Source: an uncultured Candidatus Saccharibacteria bacterium (GTDB lineage: Bacteria > Patescibacteriota > Minisyncoccia > Phycocordibacterales > CSBR16-119). Taken from it: a stretch of DNA of 64,000 nucleotides. Location: positions 7,190-71,189 of the forward strand of contig CAZOLO010000001.1 in NCBI GenBank assembly GCA_964581035.1. The letters are read 5' to 3'. Made by a program: the position numbers and the translations under genes. Shown in pieces: positions 57,978 to 64,000 of the stretch. The notes beneath the pieces are model-generated. The model was given only the letters and a program-made list of their open reading frames with translations, was not told the origin of the DNA and did no database searches. How positions within the stretch are numbered: position 1 is the stretch's first letter; each line of letters opens with the position of its first letter.

Positions 57978-57998
57978 GACCCGAAAGGGTCTTTTTTA
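57976..57998 (+). terminator. rho-independent terminator
   Basis: gagacccgaaagggtctc + T6. Confidence 0.65.
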
Positions 57999-58026
57999 AT
58001 TCCTTAAATTTTGTATAGTTAGTTGT

Positions 58027-58821
58027 ATGAAATATTTTGACATCCATTCACACTTGAATTTAGAACAGTTCCACGATGATTATCGTGAGGTTATTTCTTT
58101 ACTTGAAGAAAAAGAAGTTGGAACAATAACTGTCGGGGTAGATGAAGGTAGTTCGGCTAGGGCAGTAGAACTTTCTTCTATGTCAGAAAATCTTTATGCC
58201 GCTGTGGGGCTTCATCCAACAGAGACAGACAGAGAGTCTTTTAATTCTGAGTTTTACGAGAAATTGATAACCAATCCAAAGGTGGTTTGTGTAGGGGAGT
58301 GTGGACTAGATTACTTCCGAATGAGTGAGTCAGATATAGGGGTAAAAGACCGACAGAAAGCTCAATTTCGAGCTCAGATTGAGTTTGCTATAAAGTATGA
58401 CAAACCGCTTATGCTTCACATTAGACCTTCTAAAAACTCATTTGACGCCTATGAGGACGTGCTTGAAATACTGTTAGAATATAAGGCTGAAGCCGGGAAA
58501 AAATTGCGTGGAGATGCCCACTTTTTCGCGGGAAATCTGGATATTGCCCGTAAATTCATTGACTTGGGGTTCTATATATCCCTTACAGGGGTAATCACCT
58601 TTACTCATGATTATGATGAGGTGGTTAGGGGTATACCAATAGATAAGATGCTTTCTGAGACAGATGCTCCATATGTCGCCCCCGTGCCATACAGAGGGAA
58701 AAGAGCTGAGCCTTGGTATGTGATCTCTGTGGTTGAGAAACTGGCAGAGCTTCGAGAAATTCCACTTGAAGAGATGAAAATACAACTTCTCAAAAACACA
58801 AAAAGTCTTTTTAATATATAA
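58027..58821 (+). CDS. tatD: TatD-family metal-dependent hydrolase/DNase
   Basis: DIHSHLNL, GECGLDY, LHIR, SETDAPY motifs. Confidence 0.85.
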   Translation: MKYFDIHSHLNLEQFHDDYREVISLLEEKEVGTITVGVDEGSSARAVELSSMSENLYAAVGLHPTETDRESFNSEFYEKLITNPKVVCVGECGLDYFRMSESDIGVKDRQKAQFRAQIEFAIKYDKPLMLHIRPSKNSFDAYEDVLEILLEYKAEAGKKLRGDAHFFAGNLDIARKFIDLGFYISLTGVITFTHDYDEVVRGIPIDKMLSETDAPYVAPVPYRGKRAEPWYVISVVEKLAELREIPLEEMKIQLLKNTKSLFNI

Positions 58822-58824
58822 AAA

Positions 58825-58845
58825 CCGCCCCAGATTTTGGGGCGG
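58825..58845. terminator. bidirectional terminator
   Basis: ccgccccagattttggggcgg between convergent genes. Confidence 0.6.
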
Positions 58846-58850
58846 CATAA

Positions 58851-59393
58851 CTATTTTTTTGTCTTCTTTCTCCTATTAATGAAAGGTCTAGTTTTTGAAT
58901 GTAGATATTTTTTCTTTAATCCATACCTTACACCATAACCATGGCCATTATCATCTTCTTTTGTTAAATAACCTTCATGAAGCCATCTATGAATGGCTGT
59001 ATGAACACTATCAATGGATGCATTTTTGCCAGTTCTTTCTTGTATGTTCATGGCAATATCTCCTTCACTAATGCATCTAATAGATAAATCAAGAGAAGCT
59101 TCCTGTAATATTTTAAAGATCAAGTCTGAGAGTTCCCCTTTTGAGAATAGCTCTAGCATGGGGATTTCTTTATCCGCTATTTCATAAATAGCCTTTCTTT
59201 TTGTTTTGGATACGTTTTTAAGATATCCGTCCTTACTTCTTCTCATGAGAAAGGTTGCCACGGTACCCACCTTTAGATTTAGAGCTAGTGCTACCTCTGA
59301 AGAGGTTATAGTTTCTCCTTCTTCTTTTTCATTAACCCATTCGGTGATTCGTTTGTAAAAATCATTCTTGAGCCTAGGCCCCTTGTTGTTCAT
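58851..59393 (-). CDS. hypothetical protein (possible wHTH, basic C-terminus)
   Basis: 180-aa ORF. Confidence 0.4.
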   Translation of the reverse strand: MNNKGPRLKNDFYKRITEWVNEKEEGETITSSEVALALNLKVGTVATFLMRRSKDGYLKNVSKTKRKAIYEIADKEIPMLELFSKGELSDLIFKILQEASLDLSIRCISEGDIAMNIQERTGKNASIDSVHTAIHRWLHEGYLTKEDDNGHGYGVRYGLKKKYLHSKTRPFINRRKKTKK

Positions 59394-59508
59394 AGTTAAG
59401 ATTTTATGTATACGAGTTTTTGACAGATTACCATGTTATTAAATAGGTGTCAAGTAATATGCTGCTACAAAAAGATTAAATAGAAACCGAGATGCATCAT
59501 TATTGTTT

Positions 59509-59537
59509 TTGACATATAGTCCAATTCCTGCTAATAT
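59509..59537 (+). promoter_or_regulatory. sigma70 promoter TTGACA-N17-TAATAT for the rpsF-ssb-rpsR operon
   Basis: Near-consensus hexamers at exact spacing; ~100-nt leader follows. Confidence 0.6.
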
Positions 59538-59640
59538 CCTTTTTGTCTGTTCGATGCGCACTGATAGCGTATCGCTTAGGTTCGAGACAGACATAGCCTT
59601 TAAATAAAGGCTTTTATAAAATAAATTTAGAATTATAAAA

Positions 59641-60165
59641 ATGATTTACGAAACAACATTCTTGTTTCTTCCAACTCTTTCAAGTGAAGACTTGGCGGTA
59701 CAAGTAGGGAAACTAAAGGAAATAATCACTTCAAATGGTGGTGAAATTATCTCAGATGAGTATCCTCAGATGGTTAGCCTTGCCTATACACTGCGACATA
59801 GACTTGAAAACAAGTATACAAACTATGACACAGCAAACCTTGGTTGGGTTAAATATAACCTAGACCCAGAAGCAGCTCCAAAAGTTAAAAAGCAGGCTGA
59901 TCTTATTAAGTCTCTACTTAGATACTTAACATTGAAGACTGTCTCTGAAAATACAATGATCTCAAAAAATGTTTTTGCAATGTTGCAAGGAAAAGAGATT
60001 TTTGCTGCAGCTCCAAAGGAGTATAAGAAACCAGTAGCTCCTGTTGTAGAAGAAGGGGAAATGGTTAAAGAAGAAGTTGATGAAGAGCTAGATAAGATGT
60101 TAGATGACTCTGAAGAAGTAGCTGAAGATGAGGCTAAAGAAACTAAAGAGGAATCAGGATCTTAA
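59641..60165 (+). CDS. rpsF: 30S ribosomal protein S6 with acidic C-terminal extension
   Basis: MIYETTFLFLP...LAYTL pattern; rpsF-ssb-rpsR synteny. Confidence 0.7.
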   Translation: MIYETTFLFLPTLSSEDLAVQVGKLKEIITSNGGEIISDEYPQMVSLAYTLRHRLENKYTNYDTANLGWVKYNLDPEAAPKVKKQADLIKSLLRYLTLKTVSENTMISKNVFAMLQGKEIFAAAPKEYKKPVAPVVEEGEMVKEEVDEELDKMLDDSEEVAEDEAKETKEESGS

Positions 60166-60221
60166 GCAGGTTTAAGGTATAATAAAGTTATACAAATTAT
60201 TAATTAAATCTTAAACAAATT

Positions 60222-60668
60222 ATGTATCTAAACAAAGCTATAATTATTGGAAACCTTACACGGGATCCAGAACTAAAAGCACTCCCTTCAGGAATAAAAG
60301 TTGCTTCATTTAGTCTAGCGACTAATAGAACATGGAAAGGAGCTGATGGCCAAAAGAAAGAAGAGGTCCAGTTCCACAACATAGTGGTCTTCGGAAGACA
60401 AGCTGAGACAGTTTCTCAGTATATGAAAAAAGGAAGCTCTTTACTTGTAGAAGGTAGAATGCAAACTCGAAGCTGGGATGGTCAAGATGGTAAGAAAAAT
60501 TACCGAACAGAGATCGTTGCTGACAGAGTTCAGTTTGGAGCTAGAGCAGAAGGGGGTTCTGCAGGATCAAGCTCTTCTTCATCATCTACAAAAGAAGAAC
60601 CACAACAGGAGGCGCCAGAGATAGATTATCCTGATGTAGATATCAACCCAGACGACATTCCATTTTAA
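60222..60668 (+). CDS. ssb: single-stranded DNA-binding protein
   Basis: OB-fold pattern; Gly/Ser-rich linker; C-terminal acidic tip ending DIPF. Confidence 0.85.
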   Translation: MYLNKAIIIGNLTRDPELKALPSGIKVASFSLATNRTWKGADGQKKEEVQFHNIVVFGRQAETVSQYMKKGSSLLVEGRMQTRSWDGQDGKKNYRTEIVADRVQFGARAEGGSAGSSSSSSSTKEEPQQEAPEIDYPDVDINPDDIPF

Positions 60669-60721
60669 TCTATTGATTGAAATAGAAGGAGATAAAATAA
60701 ACATTAACTAAAACTATTATT

Positions 60722-60922
60722 ATGAAACAAGATTACTTTACACAAAACAATATCAAGCATATCGACTTTCGAGATATTGATATTCTAGGTAAATTCATCA
60801 ACCCAAGTGGTAGAATTCAATCACGACGGCGAACAGGATTGACCGCAAAAAACCAAAGAAGGGTAGCGGAAGCTATCAAACATGCACGATTTATGTCACT
60901 TATGGCATACGTCGCTGAATAA
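60722..60922 (+). CDS. rpsR: 30S ribosomal protein S18
   Basis: QRRVAEAIKHARFMSLMAY. Confidence 0.85.
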   Translation: MKQDYFTQNNIKHIDFRDIDILGKFINPSGRIQSRRRTGLTAKNQRRVAEAIKHARFMSLMAYVAE

Positions 60923-60923
60923 C

Positions 60924-60952
60924 AAAAAAACCACCGAAAGGTGGTTTTTTGT
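60924..60952. terminator. bidirectional terminator
   Basis: aaaaaaaccaccgaaaggtggtttttt between rpsR and convergent efp. Confidence 0.7.
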
Positions 60953-60959
60953 TTGTATA

Positions 60960-61538
60960 TTATTTTGCTCTTTCCAGGTACTCTCCTTTACTTGTATTTA
61001 CAAGGATATTTTCTCCAGCTTCTATGAAAAGAGGAACTGTTAGCTTTGTGCCATTTTCAAGTGTGACCAATTTATCACCTCCCGTAGCTGTATTTCCTTT
61101 AATAGATGGAGGGGCTTCTTTAACAATGAACTCCATTTTCATGGGAAGTTCTACTCCAATTACTTTTTCTTCATCGTTGTATTCAAATATCAGTAGTTCA
61201 GCAGGGAAGTTTGCCTTTAGGAATTTAATTGTGTCATCTCCGATCTCTTTTGCTGTGAGTGTAAATCTGGCGCTTTTGTCGCCATCTTCGTGGAACCAGT
61301 ATTCTCCTTTTGCTTCATATAGGAAAATAACCTTCTTCTTTGAAAGATCAGCTTCCTCAGCTTTGTCAGAAACATGGAAAGAGTGCTCTATGGCTTTTCC
61401 TGTATTAAGATTCTTTAGTTTAGTCTGGTTTACTGGCTTTCTTTGTTGTTTCCTGAAGACATGAGAAGAGATAACCTCGCATGGTTCATCGTTAAATATT
61501 ATAATCTTTCTCTCTTTAATTTCATTGTAATTTAACAT
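60960..61538 (-). CDS. efp: elongation factor P
   Basis: KOW-like N-terminal domain pattern; 192 aa. Confidence 0.8.
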   Translation of the reverse strand: MLNYNEIKERKIIIFNDEPCEVISSHVFRKQQRKPVNQTKLKNLNTGKAIEHSFHVSDKAEEADLSKKKVIFLYEAKGEYWFHEDGDKSARFTLTAKEIGDDTIKFLKANFPAELLIFEYNDEEKVIGVELPMKMEFIVKEAPPSIKGNTATGGDKLVTLENGTKLTVPLFIEAGENILVNTSKGEYLERAK

Positions 61539-61634
61539 AATGGGCCTATTATAATCAAAATATATAAAGTATCAATAGGGGGTCATGGTTTGCTATCCAT
61601 GTAATAAAAAACTCACAGTATTGTGAGTTTTTTA

Positions 61635-62483
61635 TTATGCAGCTTCGCTTTTGTCACTTTTATCATCTTCTGAGAATAATTCTTTTAGTTTCCCAAAAAA
61701 ACCTTTTCGAGGCTCTGCTATATTTCGTGCTGCACGGTAAGCTTCTTTCTTCTTCTGTAGTTTGTAGTTTTTGTGCACAGAGTTTCTCTTGCTGAAATCT
61801 CGCTTTTCCCAATGATCAATCATCTCTCCACTACTTAAATGTCCTTTCATACTTTTATTGAAAGCCTGAGGATTATCTTCAGGATACAGTCTTTGGAGGG
61901 TTTCGTTTTTTCTCTCATCAGCTTTTATGCTGCCAAGATCAGACATCTCTCTTTCAGAGATCTTTCTACCGTACCTTTCGAGGTCTTCTATCTCTTGTTT
62001 CTTTGCAAGGATGGCAGCCTGATTATGATACTCTTCATCCTCAAGGTCTCTTCCAAGCTCATGAGTTTCTCCAAAAGATTCATATTCGTCACTTTGGTCC
62101 GACACCTCTTCTATCGGCACGTAGTTTCTCAAGGGGTCATTTTTGTCAACAAAATCCTCATCATCAATTTCATCTTGGCTTCGGAAGTCTAAAGGCTGGC
62201 TGTAGTCACCAGATCTTTCTGTTCCTGTAATCAAGGGGTCCCCAGCTTTTGATGGATGCGTTTTGTATCTTTCTGAAAGGTCAATAGGTTGCCCAGTTCC
62301 TTTTTTGGCAAGTTCTTCGGCTTCCTTTTCAAAATCAGTCCTCCTGTCGTTAGTCCAATTGCCATACATGGACTTATGTTCCTTAACAAGTCCTTTTTTC
62401 TTAATTAATTCAGCGTATTCTTCTGACCCTCGAGTTGGCATTTTTCCGTCTGGGTAATTGGGTTTGTGTTCAAATTTTTCCAT
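61635..62483 (-). CDS. hypothetical charged (Lys/Glu/Asp-rich) protein
   Basis: 282-aa ORF immediately downstream of recA. Confidence 0.4.
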   Translation of the reverse strand: MEKFEHKPNYPDGKMPTRGSEEYAELIKKKGLVKEHKSMYGNWTNDRRTDFEKEAEELAKKGTGQPIDLSERYKTHPSKAGDPLITGTERSGDYSQPLDFRSQDEIDDEDFVDKNDPLRNYVPIEEVSDQSDEYESFGETHELGRDLEDEEYHNQAAILAKKQEIEDLERYGRKISEREMSDLGSIKADERKNETLQRLYPEDNPQAFNKSMKGHLSSGEMIDHWEKRDFSKRNSVHKNYKLQKKKEAYRAARNIAEPRKGFFGKLKELFSEDDKSDKSEAA

Positions 62484-62488
62484 AGTAT

Positions 62489-63589
62489 TTATTGATTTAA
62501 TTCATCCTTCAATCCTTTCTGTACATCCTTTAGTAGGGAAGCAAGGATTTTTTTATTCTCCTTATCTTCAAGTACTTTTCGAGTTGCGTCATATCCTCGA
62601 GCAAGTTTTATCTCATCACTTCCATCTAGCGGTAGGTAGCTGTATGAAGCTCCAGCCTTCTTAATGATCTTCATTTTCTCGCCTAGAGCAAGCAGTTCTC
62701 CTGAGCGTGAGATTCCTTCGTTGTAGATAATATCAAACTCTGTCTTTTTGAATGGGGAAGCTACTTTGTTTTTTACAACCTTAACTCTAGTTCGGGCCCC
62801 AACTACATCTTCTCCTTTTTTAATCTGAGCAATTCTTCGGATATCAAGACGTACTGATGTGTAGAACTTTAGAGCTTTTCCTCCTGGGGTAGTTTCTGGT
62901 GATCCAAACATAACTCCAATTTTCATTCTAATTTGGTTGATGAAGATAACCATTGTCTTACTCTTAGCTGTTAGAGCAGTAAGCTTTCGAAGAGCTTGTG
63001 ACATAAGTCTAGCTTGCTTACCAACATGGTGAGCACCCATATCTCCTTCAATTTCGTCTTTTGGTGTTAGGGCGGCTACAGAGTCCACTACAATAACGTC
63101 GATCTTTCCAGATCGAACCAGACTCTCTGTGATCTCCAGAGCTTGCTCTCCTGTGTCAGGTTGAGATATAAGTAGGTTTTCGATGTCTACTCCAAGCTTT
63201 TTAGAGTAGTCTGGGTCCATACCATGCTCAGCATCAATAAAAGCACAAACTCCTCCCATTTTTTGAGCTTCAGCAATTACATGCAGGGTAAGAGTCGTCT
63301 TACCAGAAGACTCTGGTCCATATATTTCTATAATTCTACCTTTAGGTAGCCCACCTATTCCAAGTGCATGATCAAGACCTAGTGATCCCGTTGGTATAGC
63401 TCCAATATCCACCTTTGGAGTGCTTCCAAGCTTCATTATTGAACCTTCTCCAAACTTTGTCTGGATAGATCGAATTGTATCTTGAATGTCAGAATTATTG
63501 ATTCCTGATGTGTCTTTTACAACCTCATCGCCTGAAGTTTTTTTAGTTTCTTTTTTCGCTGCTTTTTTTGTTGTTTTTTTCGCTGCCAT
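62489..63589 (-). CDS. recA: recombinase RecA
   Basis: Walker [10 protein letters not shown]; [24 protein letters not shown]; L1/L2 loops. Confidence 0.95.
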   Translation of the reverse strand: MAAKKTTKKAAKKETKKTSGDEVVKDTSGINNSDIQDTIRSIQTKFGEGSIMKLGSTPKVDIGAIPTGSLGLDHALGIGGLPKGRIIEIYGPESSGKTTLTLHVIAEAQKMGGVCAFIDAEHGMDPDYSKKLGVDIENLLISQPDTGEQALEITESLVRSGKIDVIVVDSVAALTPKDEIEGDMGAHHVGKQARLMSQALRKLTALTAKSKTMVIFINQIRMKIGVMFGSPETTPGGKALKFYTSVRLDIRRIAQIKKGEDVVGARTRVKVVKNKVASPFKKTEFDIIYNEGISRSGELLALGEKMKIIKKAGASYSYLPLDGSDEIKLARGYDATRKVLEDKENKKILASLLKDVQKGLKDELNQ

Positions 63590-63596
63590 AGTATTT

Positions 63597-63986
63597 TTAG
63601 TTATTTGATAATTTATTTACTCCGTTAATTCTTAATGTTTCTCTTGATACATTTTTAAACTTATCTTCTGCCTCAATATTTATTTCATTGTAACCTATGT
63701 GAATCGGGATAGGGTAGGAGAACGATCCATCTTCTCCTACAAATGTATTGTTACCATTTACGGACAGCTTTATAGCTTTAGGTGCGATCCCTTCTATATA
63801 TGTTATTGAATTCAGAAGAGAGGCACCTTCTCTGGGAGAGAGTATCGTAAGGGTAACACCACTCCAGAGGCCTCTTGTTTTACTAAAAGTAAAAATACCA
63901 AGAAAGGTAAAAAAGATTATAAGCCCCATATACATAGAGATCTTTTTGTAATCAAAGTGAATTGTCCTACTCCTCATCCTCATCAT
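63597..63986 (-). CDS. hypothetical membrane-anchored protein
   Basis: 129-aa ORF with one TM. Confidence 0.35.
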   Translation of the reverse strand: MMRMRSRTIHFDYKKISMYMGLIIFFTFLGIFTFSKTRGLWSGVTLTILSPREGASLLNSITYIEGIAPKAIKLSVNGNNTFVGEDGSFSYPIPIHIGYNEINIEAEDKFKNVSRETLRINGVNKLSNN

Positions 63987-64000
63987 AGTCTTGATTGTCG

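Overview
This is a low-GC, gene-dense bacterial window with short intergenic regions. Its gene content (type IV pilus operon with giant pilins, eukaryote-type class I fructose-bisphosphate aldolase, many small hypothetical membrane proteins) suggests a Patescibacteria/CPR-like genome; that assignment is inference only.

The window has two parts.

- The first ~7 kb is accessory-looking. A tRNA-His(GUG) gene with an encoded G-1 and CCA is followed by four or five small gene cassettes, each ending in a copy of a ~100-bp repeat. The repeat carries a conserved hairpin, and its left boundary begins inside the tRNA 3' end. The cassettes encode an aminotransferase plus a DapA-like aldolase, a TrmB regulator plus a hotdog thioesterase, a serine/threonine-rich secreted protein, and a MauE/DoxX-like membrane pair. 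No integrase lies within the window.
- The rest is mostly core genome:
  - Pilus and redox genes: a pilM-N-O-x-B-C operon with two prepilin-like genes, class I FBA, and a peroxiredoxin-DsbA-CcdA redox cluster.
  - Envelope and transport: an M50 protease and a MacA/ABC-ATPase/2xFtsX exporter.
  - Core translation and thymidylate genes: secE-nusG-rplK; a thymidylate module (folA, dCMP deaminase, divergent thyA, HIT, glyA, dut); argS; glyQS; metG; rpsF-ssb-rpsR; efp; recA.
  - ileS, which is preceded by a T-box leader and carries an in-frame insertion of a complete histidine-phosphatase-like (RHG) domain.

Other oddities are tandem DnaA-C-terminal-domain-like paralogues, an ATP-cone/restriction-endonuclease-like fusion, and a strongly promoted unknown 326-aa protein.
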